Shown in pieces: positions 16,074-25,840 of a stretch of DNA of 64,000 bases. A program made the translations under genes and the position numbers. How positions within the stretch are numbered: the first letter of the stretch is position 1; every line of letters begins with the position of its first letter. The stretch is from a plasmid: sequence record NZ_CP102531.1. One strand, written 5' to 3'. The notes beneath the pieces are model-generated. The model was not told where the DNA came from, made no database searches, and saw only the letters and a program-made list of their open reading frames with translations.

Positions 16074-18546
16074 TCACCTCGCCCCCATCCTCATGCAGTT
16101 TCTTGCGGGAAATATATTGCTCCATGTCCTCTGGTTTCGTGGACATAATCTTATAAAGCTTGGTCTTTTTCGGAAAGTCATTCTCAAATGGAATGACGGC
16201 GTCACCCGCAATCATCAAGCCATGGCCGGAGTCGGCATTGGTGATATAGCCTTCCTCCTGTTCAGACAGATGCAGCATTTCTGTGAGCTGATCACGGTCA
16301 TTGGCAGCTTGGTCAAGCAAAAGCACAAATTCACTGTTAGACAACATGCGGCGGGCATTATCACTCAGTAGCAAGGTTTCAACGTTTTGCGTAATCCCAG
16401 TAGGCAACGCGCCCCATTTACGGGCACGCGACCACAATTCAAAGAAGTAGTTAGATGCAAATTCATTGCTCAAGAGCAGCTGCATTTCATCAACGTAAAT
16501 CCACGTCCGTTTGCCTGAGTTCCGGTTCTTTGTAATCCGGTTCCAGATTTGGTCAAGCACAATCAACATACCCATTGACCGCAGGTTCTTACCTAAATCC
16601 TTGACGTCATAGACAACCACTGAATTGTCGTTGTCTACGTTCGTTTGATGCGCAAAAACAGACAACGACCCTTCAATATATGGCTCAAGCTCAAGCGCAA
16701 TTTGCTTTCCCTCTTCTTCGGGCTGTTGTTTAAGGGTATTTGATAGATCAACCATCGTTGGCATCGCTGTATGCTGCTCAAAATAGCGTTGATATGTTAA
16801 CCGACAAGCACGATCAATCAAAGTCCGGCGTTCGGCTGACAGCCCGTTTTTACCACCGAGTAACATGTCGCACATAGACAAAATGAAGTCTGTTTTGAAA
16901 ATGACAGGGTCTTCATCGTCACCATAATCTTCATTGATTTCCATTGGATTGATATGCGCTGCGGCACCTTGAGAGATCGGTATGACTTCGCCACCCAGCG
17001 CTTGTGTAACAGCTGAATACTCACGCTCTGGATCAATAATCAACACTTCGGAGTCAGCATCACGTAACCGTACAGACAGCATTTCCTGCTTGCTGGCAAA
17101 TGACTTACCAGCACCGGGACGACCTAAAATCATGCCGTTACCAGCTTTCAAGTTCCGACGATCCGCAGTCACTAGGTTTTGAGTAACTTGATTGACGCCA
17201 TAAACTAGACCGCTACTGTCACTTAGCTCTTGAGCAGTAAATGGTATAAAAATCGCGGCCGCTGAGGTTGTCAGTGTCCGCGATACTGGCACATAATTTT
17301 GTCCCCACATGAGCACAGAATTAAGGGCTTGTTCTTGGAGATAATCGAGATTTGCAAATTCGCAGCTATGTCTACGACCGGCCGCTTTAACTTGCTCGAT
17401 AATCTCATCAAGCTGTTGATCGGTCTTTCCCTGTGCCATGACGAGGAATGTCACGTCAAAGAGTTGCTGGTTATCGTCTTGCATCTGTTGGAGCAAGTCC
17501 TCAGCTTCATCAAGGCTGTGCGTCAGGTTCTCCGGTAGAATATCAGGATCATACCCCGCTTTCATCGCCTTCTGCTGCTCATCAGCTTTCTGCTTCTGCA
17601 TAAAGCCTTTCTTCGTCTGCACCATCTTCATGCCTTTTACTGGATCGATAGGGTGAATTTGAATGGCAATCTCCAAGTCCGCCATAATATCCGTTAAATC
17701 AGTAATCAGACGATCGCTGATTTCGGGTGGATAATCTCGCAAGTACAACACTTGTGCAACTTGGTCCCCCATTGTAAAACGGTTCTTTGCGTGTTTGAAA
17801 TTGAAGCTGGTTGGTGCAATTACTGAGTGTGTCGTCAAGCCACTATATTTGAGATCGTCATAGTCAAAATGCAACACACTGCCAGGCCTCAATGTGGCAT
17901 TAGCAAGTTGGAGTCGGCGCAAACCATTCAACGGACGCGCTGTTGATCCCATTTGATGAAAACTGGTAACCACATTCGCCTGTAGTTGATTCAAACTGGT
18001 TTTAGCACGTTGTCGATCATCAGCATGTTGCGTAAAGGTTACGTACTTCTCCTTTAGGAGACTCGTATTGCCGCTTTCAACTCTTTCTCGCATGATGTGG
18101 TTCATCTCATCACGGAGCGCGTTGAGATCATCAGGTCGATGCTTGAAGGACGTCTCCTGCATGAACTGGCGAATGTCCTTTCGCCTATTGATGATGTTAA
18201 TCTGAACAGTCGATTCACTGTCAAAGCCATTAAGAAACTCTGCATATTTGCTAAAGATGTCACTTTGATGATCGCGATCGCTAATTTGATAGTTAATATC
18301 GGAGATCGCAACACTCTTAGAAAAAACACCTGGTGCCACTTCACAGAGGCCGTCTTCATACATGGCACGATAAGCTAAACTGTCTTGAGTTGCTCTTGAT
18401 GGTGCATTTTTCCGCTCTTGCTTGCCACGTTCCTTTTTGTGGCGTTGTAACAACTTCAAGGCTTTACTATGGCCTGTCTTCTTTGTATTCTTTGATCTTT
18501 CCTCGGTTCTTGTGAACATGAAGGCTAACCTCCCTTCGATTTTCAT
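16063..18546 (-). CDS. VirB4-family T4SS ATPase (PrgJ/TraE-like)
   Basis: 827 aa. Walker A motif GRPGAGKS and Walker B-like DEMQLLL. Size and placement match VirB4. Confidence 0.85.
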   Translation of the reverse strand: MKIEGRLAFMFTRTEERSKNTKKTGHSKALKLLQRHKKERGKQERKNAPSRATQDSLAYRAMYEDGLCEVAPGVFSKSVAISDINYQISDRDHQSDIFSKYAEFLNGFDSESTVQINIINRRKDIRQFMQETSFKHRPDDLNALRDEMNHIMRERVESGNTSLLKEKYVTFTQHADDRQRAKTSLNQLQANVVTSFHQMGSTARPLNGLRRLQLANATLRPGSVLHFDYDDLKYSGLTTHSVIAPTSFNFKHAKNRFTMGDQVAQVLYLRDYPPEISDRLITDLTDIMADLEIAIQIHPIDPVKGMKMVQTKKGFMQKQKADEQQKAMKAGYDPDILPENLTHSLDEAEDLLQQMQDDNQQLFDVTFLVMAQGKTDQQLDEIIEQVKAAGRRHSCEFANLDYLQEQALNSVLMWGQNYVPVSRTLTTSAAAIFIPFTAQELSDSSGLVYGVNQVTQNLVTADRRNLKAGNGMILGRPGAGKSFASKQEMLSVRLRDADSEVLIIDPEREYSAVTQALGGEVIPISQGAAAHINPMEINEDYGDDEDPVIFKTDFILSMCDMLLGGKNGLSAERRTLIDRACRLTYQRYFEQHTAMPTMVDLSNTLKQQPEEEGKQIALELEPYIEGSLSVFAHQTNVDNDNSVVVYDVKDLGKNLRSMGMLIVLDQIWNRITKNRNSGKRTWIYVDEMQLLLSNEFASNYFFELWSRARKWGALPTGITQNVETLLLSDNARRMLSNSEFVLLLDQAANDRDQLTEMLHLSEQEEGYITNADSGHGLMIAGDAVIPFENDFPKKTKLYKIMSTKPEDMEQYISRKKLHEDGGEVSGE

Positions 18547-18838
18547 AAATTCTTAGCCCGTTCATTTGTTGGTAATGCAAGATGATGCCGATATACTTTT
18601 CTAATGGCATTCCTTTTGGCCTGATCCAGCCAAATGCCAACACTGGCATATCCAATGGGATTAGCACATTACCGGCACTATCCATTGACCAGTGCAACTT
18701 CCAGACCAGGAAATAGATAATGCCCGCTGAATAGATGAATGCGATCGTGGCACAGATTAGTTGCCGCAAATCCATTGTGCCTATGATACGTTCTTTGTAG
18801 GTCTTGATTTCTTTGGGTACTCTCACGCGTAAAGCCAC
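18467..18838 (-). CDS. VirB3-like small membrane protein (PrgI-like)
   Basis: 123 aa with two TM helices, directly upstream of VirB4. The true start is possibly internal (MDLRQL...). Confidence 0.5.
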   Translation of the reverse strand: MALRVRVPKEIKTYKERIIGTMDLRQLICATIAFIYSAGIIYFLVWKLHWSMDSAGNVLIPLDMPVLAFGWIRPKGMPLEKYIGIILHYQQMNGLRIYENRREVSLHVHKNRGKIKEYKEDRP

Positions 18839-18855
18839 TGTTACTCACTCCTTTC

Positions 18856-19707
18856 CTACATTGCTGTTGTCAGCGACTTCGCCCATGAGTTTGTTTGGAA
18901 GACCGCAAAAATTAGTAGAATTGAAAATCCCATCAATGATGCTATCAATGGAAGGACGCCACTTTTATCGACATTCGCAAATGCTGTTTTCATGAGGAAT
19001 GGATAGAACAGCTGCACCATATAAATGAGGGTTCCTTGTATGGATACTGCCATGAAGCTCTTGAAGAAGTTTTTAGCAATCCCTGAAAACTCATGATGGG
19101 GCATGGTTGCAATTGGAATAGGTGACACAGCCAAAAACACATACATCTGTAAAAACCGGCCGGTGACAACAACATTAACTAAGACTGTGGCAAGCATGGT
19201 AATGAGCATGACAAAAAGAAGAAGCACCATGATCATCAGCTTCGTCCAAAAACCTTCTTTTACTAAGGGACTATAAATATCATCAACGCTAATAACGGTG
19301 CCCATATGTCCAGAATTCACTAACTTACCGATACCCTGTGATAGCGTGATACTCACTTGCATAATGGCATTCATGAATAAATTCATGCTATCCATTGCAA
19401 TCTTACAAAAAGCCACCTTCACTAAGGCGGCTGAAATCAGCCTGACCCCTGCATCTGATCCACCTCCCATAGCTTCTACTTGTTCCGAAATTCGATATAG
19501 TTCTAGCAACGCAAACAACGCCAGAATCATATATCCGACCGGCATCATCACATTAGTCTGGATCGTTGTTGCGAATCCGTATAAGTCCTTGCTCCACCCT
19601 GCCAACGTTTCGGTAATGCCGTTAGCCTTTGCGGAACCAGAAACGGAGTTCAAGATAAACTTAATAAATCCCTTGATCGTGTTATCCACGCGGTTCCGCC
19701 TCCTCAC
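18856..19707 (-). CDS. VirB6-like polytopic membrane protein (PrgH/TrbL-like)
   Basis: 283 aa with at least 5 TM helices. Confidence 0.55.
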   Translation of the reverse strand: MRRRNRVDNTIKGFIKFILNSVSGSAKANGITETLAGWSKDLYGFATTIQTNVMMPVGYMILALFALLELYRISEQVEAMGGGSDAGVRLISAALVKVAFCKIAMDSMNLFMNAIMQVSITLSQGIGKLVNSGHMGTVISVDDIYSPLVKEGFWTKLMIMVLLLFVMLITMLATVLVNVVVTGRFLQMYVFLAVSPIPIATMPHHEFSGIAKNFFKSFMAVSIQGTLIYMVQLFYPFLMKTAFANVDKSGVLPLIASLMGFSILLIFAVFQTNSWAKSLTTAM

Positions 19708-19708
19708 A

Positions 19709-19915
19709 TCACGTTAGTGAAATAGAGTTGAACAATGCTCCAGCAGCAATGATTAAACCGCCACCTGCAATTGTCCAGATACCACTTTGAATACCAGGCC
19801 CATTGTGATCCTTCAAAGCACCACCAAGACCAACCAAGCCCCAAGCGGCGTAAATAGAACCACCTGCAATAGCAAATTTTGACATTAAAGAAATCGCTTG
19901 AGATAAAACGTTCAT
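19709..19915 (-). CDS. Small Gly-rich membrane protein (Maff2-like)
   Basis: 68 aa, two hydrophobic segments, GxxxG-rich. It lies between the coupling protein and VirB6. Confidence 0.45.
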   Translation of the reverse strand: MNVLSQAISLMSKFAIAGGSIYAAWGLVGLGGALKDHNGPGIQSGIWTIAGGGLIIAAGALFNSISLT

Positions 19916-19932
19916 GTGTTGTTCCTCCTTAT

Positions 19933-21828
19933 TTATCGATATGTGTCTAATAGATTGACATCAGTCAGGATATCCGAACCCTGTTCGTTCTCCTTGACGT
20001 CATCATCCTTGGTTTCCTCTTGACTGACATTAGCCAGGAAATCTGACTCTGATTTGGATTCTTCTGTTTCTACCTCACCACCTTTGTTGTTCTCGCTTTT
20101 AAGTTGAGGCTGATATACATAGTCTGAGTGATCCGTTTGAAGCTCCTTGTACCGTGGATGTTTTTCCAACGAATATTTTTGCGACAAAAATGGCGGCACA
20201 CCTCTGAGCATGTAAATACTCTGGTCGCCGCCAATTCGATCGACTTCATCAGGCGCTAACAAATCACGCGCGATTTTGTCGTAGTTTTGGTTGAATGAGC
20301 CATTATTGCCTTTGGATTCACCATAACGCTGAACGTCTATCGTTCCTTTGCCAAGAATCTTGGAAATGTACTGAGCGGTTTCACTGTCGTGTCCGCCAAG
20401 GTACAGCAGTGAATCCGAGGCACCGAGAATCGCCTGGTATGACTTTGGATAACGTTCTTTGAGCTGGCTGAGTTCCTGCACAATTGGCACACAGAAAATG
20501 CCCCGTGAACGCAAGGTATTGATACGCTTGTCAAATTGTGGAATCTGTCCACTGTTTGCAAACTCGTCCTGCCAACAAACGACTGTTTCATTAAGCCGGC
20601 CGTTGGCCTGATGGTCAGCACGTTCTACCAAAGTAGTAAACAATGTTTGGTAAACCAAGCTGACCAAGAAATTAAACGTTTCACTTTGATCAGGTAGGAT
20701 CAAAAATAGAATCCGTTTCTCTTCTCCCAATTTTTCAAGTTCTAATGTATCGTCACTGGTAATATCAATAATGCTAGGCACATCAAACGGTGCTAAACGA
20801 ACACCAAGGGAAATGACGATACTCATGGCTGTTTTGGCTGGTGCGAGTTTGAAGATACCATATTGTTTAAGCCCAAACGCATCCGGGAAGTCCTTTTTGA
20901 ATTCTTCAAATATTAAGTCAAGTGGCGTTGTGTTCCCACCAGCGTCCTCCTCAATTGTTGCTGCTCTGACTAAGTCCAAAACATTGGGTACGTTGGCAAC
21001 AACACGGTTGTCAGGATTGCCAGACTCTAAACGTAAATAATCAAACAAGGCTTGCATGAGCGCTTTTTCGCCTTTATCAAAGAACGGATCGCTTTTACTT
21101 TGCGGTGAGGTTGTGTTTTGCATGATAGCATTCACAACTTCAATGACATCATCCTCATTGTTGATATAAGCGAATACATTGAAATGATCAGTGTGTTTGC
21201 GAGTCACCAAATCAAAGACCTTAATCTTATAGCCAGACTTCTCAAAAAAGTTACCCACCCATCTAAGCGTCTGTCCTTTGGTATCAGTAACAACATAGGA
21301 GCTGGAACGCTGCAATAGATTAGGTACGACAACGGTTCTGGTTTTACCAGAACCAGCACCCCCGATGACCGTCACAAATTGATTTCGCTGCAGTTTCATT
21401 GGCCGTTTATGATCCAAGTCATTCAAATACAGCTTTTCCGTGGCCGTCATAATCAGGTTGTTATCTGGGTTTTTGGTATCCTCAAATGGGAGAATATCCT
21501 TATGAGTCCCCCATTTTGCGCTCCCGTGTTCCTCACCTGGTCGATAATTTTTCTTATTGGTCAAGGCATATAAAACTACCAGCGCTACAACTGCCAGTAG
21601 AATAAGACCACCTAGGAATGGTTTGCCATTGAAAGTCGGCGGCCACCAAGAAACCTTGCCAAGATTGTTAGACACGTACAGTATTTTGTCGAGTATAGAC
21701 TTAGCGTCTTTGTCCTGGACGTTATAGGCGGCTCGCGTTAAACCACTGCCAACGATATATACCGCAGAACTACCAATAGCCACAAGGCCGAAATTCCAGA
21801 CTAGGTTTTTCGCTTTTTCTTTGTCCAT
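19933..21828 (-). CDS. Type IV coupling protein (VirD4/TraG/PcfC-like)
   Basis: 631 aa. N-terminal TM helices, Walker A GGAGSGKT, TraG/TraD-family core and an acidic C-terminal tail. Confidence 0.8.
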   Translation of the reverse strand: MDKEKAKNLVWNFGLVAIGSSAVYIVGSGLTRAAYNVQDKDAKSILDKILYVSNNLGKVSWWPPTFNGKPFLGGLILLAVVALVVLYALTNKKNYRPGEEHGSAKWGTHKDILPFEDTKNPDNNLIMTATEKLYLNDLDHKRPMKLQRNQFVTVIGGAGSGKTRTVVVPNLLQRSSSYVVTDTKGQTLRWVGNFFEKSGYKIKVFDLVTRKHTDHFNVFAYINNEDDVIEVVNAIMQNTTSPQSKSDPFFDKGEKALMQALFDYLRLESGNPDNRVVANVPNVLDLVRAATIEEDAGGNTTPLDLIFEEFKKDFPDAFGLKQYGIFKLAPAKTAMSIVISLGVRLAPFDVPSIIDITSDDTLELEKLGEEKRILFLILPDQSETFNFLVSLVYQTLFTTLVERADHQANGRLNETVVCWQDEFANSGQIPQFDKRINTLRSRGIFCVPIVQELSQLKERYPKSYQAILGASDSLLYLGGHDSETAQYISKILGKGTIDVQRYGESKGNNGSFNQNYDKIARDLLAPDEVDRIGGDQSIYMLRGVPPFLSQKYSLEKHPRYKELQTDHSDYVYQPQLKSENNKGGEVETEESKSESDFLANVSQEETKDDDVKENEQGSDILTDVNLLDTYR

Positions 21829-22313
21829 CAGCGCTCACGTTCCTTGCTACGCTGTCGCGGCTTTTTCTCTTTTTGATTGCGTTCCTTTGCGGTCACTTTA
21901 GCCTTTTCAATCTTTTCTTGAAGCGTTTGGCCGTGTTCGGGTGTTTTGTCAAAGTCCTTAACAACCTTCTGCAAAACAAGTTGAACTCGGTCTACATCAG
22001 CACCCTTAAAAAAGACATGGTACATGCCCGTTTCCTTGTCTCGGCGGATAGAAAAGTCAACGTGATACTTTTTAAACTTCTTTCCGAGCGCGCGCAGATC
22101 GGTTTTACTAATATCCACGTGTTCTAGCGCACCCCTTTTTTGCAATTCCGCAATGTTTTGTTTACCAGTCGTCCGCTGATGATGGATTGCTTGTTTGCTC
22201 ATATCCATTGCTTTACTTGGCAACTTGACGGCCAGTGCTTTAAGGAGCGCTTGCGCGGACAAGGTGCTTAACCGTAGAACATACTCTGCTGCTTGGTTGT
22301 CCATTTGATTCAC
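21828..22313 (-). CDS. PcfB-like (DUF3801-type) conjugation protein
   Basis: 161 aa, basic. It sits immediately upstream of the coupling protein, as in enterococcal and lactococcal plasmids. Confidence 0.45.
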   Translation of the reverse strand: MNQMDNQAAEYVLRLSTLSAQALLKALAVKLPSKAMDMSKQAIHHQRTTGKQNIAELQKRGALEHVDISKTDLRALGKKFKKYHVDFSIRRDKETGMYHVFFKGADVDRVQLVLQKVVKDFDKTPEHGQTLQEKIEKAKVTAKERNQKEKKPRQRSKERER

Positions 22314-22322
22314 CTACCCTTT

Positions 22323-23870
22323 TTAGACCGTTTCACTGACTGTTACGGTCAAATTTTGCGTTGTTGTTTGGCCGAATTTATCCGTCACGGTATAAGTCAG
22401 CACATAGCTGCCAGGTTTACTGGTATCAACCGAACCTTCGACATCAACAGTGACATCGCCATAAGAACTGGTAGCCGTAACACTAGCCTTTGGATCAAAG
22501 TGATCGCCAACTTTGAGTTTTGTCGGTACTTTAGACAGATCAAGGGTTGGCTTGTCAGCCACAACGTTGATAGTTACTTCCTTGACGGTCTTCTGTCCAA
22601 ACTTGTCAGTGGCTGTATAAGCAAGCTCATAGCTACCAGGCTTGCTGGTGTCAACTGATCCATCTACAGCCACAATCACATCGCCATAAGGACTAACCGC
22701 TGTGACATTGGCCTTCGGGTTAAACTGGTCTCCCACCTTGAGTTCCGTTGGAACCTTCGACACATCAAGTGTCGGTGCCGTGGCAAACACCGTAACCGAA
22801 CGTTTCAGCGTTGTCACAGCACCATTCTTATCAGTGACGGTATAAATTAGTTCGTAATCACCAAGTTTGCTGGTATCAACGTCTCCTGCAACCTTGATTT
22901 CCGTTGTGAGGTCACCATCTTGATAATCATCAGCCGTAACACCTTGTAACGGATCAAAGGCATGACCAACCTCAGTTTGATTGTTCCCCGAGACATGAAT
23001 AACGGGAGCGTCATTAGTCACGACAACATCACGCGTAGCACTCGTTTTGTGCCCTGCGCTGTCTGTCACTTGGTAGGTCACTTGATAAGTCCCCTCCGTG
23101 TTAACGTCCACAGTGCTGCATAACACAACCTTGTTGGTCAAATCACCATCTTTTACATCATGAGCACTTACACCGTCCATTAAATTGAAGGATTTTTGAC
23201 CTAAATGCAGATGCAGGTCATCAGCAAAGGATATGGTCGGGGCTTGGTCAACTGGTGCTGGTGTTGGATTCGGATCTGGCGTTGGGTTTGGCTCTGGTGT
23301 TGGCGTTGGATTCGGATCTGGCGTCGGGTTTGGCTCTGGTATTGGTTCCGGCGCTGGATTTGGTGTTGAACTAGGTTCCACCGATGGCGTCGTCTTGGTA
23401 TCAGTCGTCTGTTTATCTGTTAACGGTTTAGGTTCAGGCGTTGTTCCTGTATTGTCTGCCGCTTTTGGCGTGTTCTGTTCCGCTGTTGCCTGATCTGCCA
23501 ACGAAATAAGGCTTTGACTATTACTCGACTCAAGCTGTTTGCTCAAATCATTTTTACTGAAAGGAAAGGCGACTACTGTTTGATCACTTTTATCGCTATT
23601 CGGCAGATCCGGAGCCAGGGCATCTTTTATGGTCTGATCGGCTTTGTTAGAGGAAGGCTTTGTGTTCTTCTGTTTTTGCTCGACCTTTTTTGACGGCGTC
23701 CGCCATTGCTTAGATGGAGTGCTACTTTTCTTGACTGATTGCGAAGCGGGGGCAGCGTTTAACTGATAAGCCGTATAGCCGCCGCCTCCCAAGACAATCG
23801 CACTTATCAGCAAGATTGCTGCTGTTTTCTTTTTGTTGTTTGCCATGAATGAATCCTCCTTTTTCCGCAT
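22323..23870 (-). CDS. Membrane-anchored surface protein with Pro/Thr-rich linker and three Ig-like (DUF5011/Big-like) repeats; probable mating adhesin
   Basis: 515 aa. An N-terminal TM anchor is followed by the PEPNPTPDPNPTP linker and then a repeated motif, DxSKVPTxLKVGDxFxPKAxVTAxSxYGDVxVxVxGSVDTSKPGSYxLxYTxTDKFGQ. Confidence 0.55.
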   Translation of the reverse strand: MRKKEDSFMANNKKKTAAILLISAIVLGGGGYTAYQLNAAPASQSVKKSSTPSKQWRTPSKKVEQKQKNTKPSSNKADQTIKDALAPDLPNSDKSDQTVVAFPFSKNDLSKQLESSNSQSLISLADQATAEQNTPKAADNTGTTPEPKPLTDKQTTDTKTTPSVEPSSTPNPAPEPIPEPNPTPDPNPTPTPEPNPTPDPNPTPAPVDQAPTISFADDLHLHLGQKSFNLMDGVSAHDVKDGDLTNKVVLCSTVDVNTEGTYQVTYQVTDSAGHKTSATRDVVVTNDAPVIHVSGNNQTEVGHAFDPLQGVTADDYQDGDLTTEIKVAGDVDTSKLGDYELIYTVTDKNGAVTTLKRSVTVFATAPTLDVSKVPTELKVGDQFNPKANVTAVSPYGDVIVAVDGSVDTSKPGSYELAYTATDKFGQKTVKEVTINVVADKPTLDLSKVPTKLKVGDHFDPKASVTATSSYGDVTVDVEGSVDTSKPGSYVLTYTVTDKFGQTTTQNLTVTVSETV

Positions 23871-24136
23871 TAATATGCTTCAACAAATCGCTTAAACTCG
23901 TTCTGAGGGCGAACATAAGCCACGATCACGCGCTCTTTGCTTGGTAACACCCGCACGATCTCACCAATACAAGTTGTATCTGGCAGAATAGGCCAACCGG
24001 TTTCGATACTTAACACGGCATGACGCAACTTCAACATCAATGCCTTCTCCTTTGGGGGTGGGAATCTGATTTCAAGAAGACCATTGTGCCGCTTAGCTTC
24101 CTTGATGTCTTTTGTTTGAAGAACCAAATTGAACAT
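23870..24136 (-). CDS. Hypothetical protein (88 aa), second gene of the tra operon
   Basis: ORF tightly packed with its neighbours. Confidence 0.45.
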   Translation of the reverse strand: MFNLVLQTKDIKEAKRHNGLLEIRFPPPKEKALMLKLRHAVLSIETGWPILPDTTCIGEIVRVLPSKERVIVAYVRPQNEFKRFVEAY

Positions 24137-24147
24137 ATGATCACCTC

Positions 24148-24426
24148 TTATATCAAGTTTTTTGGGACGGACTTAATGCGTTCTCCGCTAATCACTAGAC
24201 TGCCGTCTTTTTTTAATTCAGCTGACACCACCTTTAGAACCAAAACATTTTTCAGCTGGTTAGGCGGCTTAATATTGCCAATCACCACCGTCATACCAGG
24301 CTTAATTGGATAATCAGCATGATCCTTAACCCATGAAGCTCGGACTCGATAAGAAAGAGCATCATGATCTTTCGAAATCAACTTCAAATTGCGATCATGT
24401 AACCAAATACCTACAGGTTCAGCCAT
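24148..24426 (-). CDS. Hypothetical protein (about 93 aa), first gene of the tra operon
   Basis: The ORF track gives 24148..24546. An internal ATG at 24426 carries a strong RBS (gaaaggagactgaacATG), so the shorter form is preferred. Confidence 0.4.
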   Translation of the reverse strand: MAEPVGIWLHDRNLKLISKDHDALSYRVRASWVKDHADYPIKPGMTVVIGNIKPPNQLKNVLVLKVVSAELKKDGSLVISGERIKSVPKNLI

Positions 24427-24624
24427 GTTCAGTCTCCTTTCTTTAACGCAAAAAACACCTGCAATTAGCTGGCATTTGGCGTTCATTATTTTGGCATTAG
24501 CCAAGGCCGCTTCGTGGAATCGAACCACGTTTCCCAGTAGCGGCATTTGTTGTCCAGTGACACACCATTAAATTGCGTAGCAGAGCACAACTTTGGTAAA
24601 ATGGAGGTACGTTAATACCTAATA

Positions 24625-24651
24625 AAAACGCGCCCTAGGGCGCGCTTTTTG
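24625..24651. terminator. Bidirectional rho-independent terminator
   Basis: aaaaacgcgccctagggcgcgcttttt: a perfect GC stem flanked by an A-run and a T-run. Confidence 0.7.
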
Positions 24652-24793
24652 CTTGTTGACGATGTTTTTCAAGAGCTTCCTGTCGTTCCTCTTCACGAGA
24701 ACACAATCCGCTAATCCGAATAGTTGCAAGCTCACACAAAAGGATAAAGCCTAGTAATACCCAAAAACTGCATTTGAAAATCAGCCACAACAT
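24635..24793 (-). CDS. Small hydrophobic peptide (52 aa; TM helix + charged tail)
   Basis: RBS gaggag lies 8 nt upstream of the ATG (reverse-complement of 24791-24793). The peptide is MLWLIFKCSFWVLLGFILLCELATIRISGLCSREEERQEALEKHRQQAKSAP. Its stop lies inside the terminator stem. Below the ORF-track size cutoff. Confidence 0.3.
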   Translation of the reverse strand: MLWLIFKCSFWVLLGFILLCELATIRISGLCSREEERQEALEKHRQQAKSAP

Positions 24794-24805
24794 CTTAATC
24801 TCTCC

Positions 24806-24994
24806 TCACTTTTCAGTTTTTGAATTGTAGGACGGTAAAAAGCCTGAATCATAAAGTCTTTTCTCAGTAGCAATCAACCGACACACCAATGTTGAGGGTC
24901 GTTCCTTAGTAACCTGACAAAGAGCTTTAAGCTGCTGCTTCTCTTCTGGCGTCAAGGTGATTTGGTAACGTTGATTATTTTTGTTGGCTGTCAT
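24806..24994 (-). CDS. Small ribbon-helix-helix (CopG/RHH-like) DNA-binding protein
   Basis: The track ORF 24806..25084 starts inside the IS. The internal ATG at 24994 has a strong RBS (tggaggaaagATG). The QITLTPEEKQQLKAL motif is RHH-like. Confidence 0.4.
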   Translation of the reverse strand: MTANKNNQRYQITLTPEEKQQLKALCQVTKERPSTLVCRLIATEKRLYDSGFLPSYNSKTEK

Positions 24995-25010
24995 CTTTCC
25001 TCCATTCAAA

Positions 25011-25828
25011 GGTTCTGGTGCAAATTTTCCTCGCTGACTTGATTTTAGTATACTGGGTGCCAAGAAACGAGGGATTGCGCGCATGAATCACTTTAAGGGA
25101 CGCCACTTTCAAAAGGACATCATCTTAGTAGCCGTTGGCTACTATTTCAGATTCAGTCTCAGCTATCGTGACATCGTTGAATTGCTTCGGGATCGGGGTA
25201 TCACTGTTCATCACACCACGGTCATGCGTTGGGTTCATCACTATGGCCCCATCTTTAAGGCTCTATGGCGTCGGCATCAAACAGCTCACGCTAAAAGTTG
25301 GCGAATCGATGAGACCTATATTCGAGTTAAAGGCCGTTGGGCCTATTTGTATCGCGCTATTGACAGTAACGGTTTGACCATGGATTTTGAGCTACGAAAA
25401 CACCGCGATTATACCGCATCCTATCACTTTTTGAAGCGTCTCTTGACGACCAATGGTCGGCCTGATCGATTAGTCACTGATCAATATCGGGCAACACTGA
25501 AAGCAGTGAAGCACCTGATAAAGCAAGACTATTTGAGCAAATCAGCCCACCAATGTTCCAAATATCGAAATAATTTGATTGAACAGGACCACCGATTCAT
25601 TAAACGTCATCGTGTCCGCTCAGCAAGCTTTCAAAGCATTCGAACCGCTAGTGCAACGTTGAGCGGTGTGGAAATTGTTCACGCAATACGCAAAAGAACC
25701 CGACGAGAGTTAAGTCTCATCGGGTTCTCAGTCGTGGACGAATTAGAAGCATTGTTAGCTGCTTAACCTTTAACATAGTATCAATAGCTGGGTAGATGTC
25801 CATCTCTTAGACTGTTTGCACCAGATCC
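25011..25828 (+). mobile_element. IS6-family insertion sequence, copy 2 of 3
   Basis: IRL GGTTCTGGTGCAAATTTTCC at 25011. IRR is ..CTGTTTGCACCAGATCC, ending at 25828. Identical to copy 1. Confidence 0.85.
25083..25766 (+). CDS. IS6-family transposase
   Basis: Identical 227-aa protein. Confidence 0.9.
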   Translation: MNHFKGRHFQKDIILVAVGYYFRFSLSYRDIVELLRDRGITVHHTTVMRWVHHYGPIFKALWRRHQTAHAKSWRIDETYIRVKGRWAYLYRAIDSNGLTMDFELRKHRDYTASYHFLKRLLTTNGRPDRLVTDQYRATLKAVKHLIKQDYLSKSAHQCSKYRNNLIEQDHRFIKRHRVRSASFQSIRTASATLSGVEIVHAIRKRTRRELSLIGFSVVDELEALLAA

Positions 25829-25840
25829 TTGTGAAGTAGT

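Noticed and set aside
23233-23493. 86-aa Gly/Val-rich plus-strand ORF
   Set aside because: Antisense of the Pro/Thr-rich linker (PEPNPTPDP...) of the surface protein gene. It is a low-complexity artefact.
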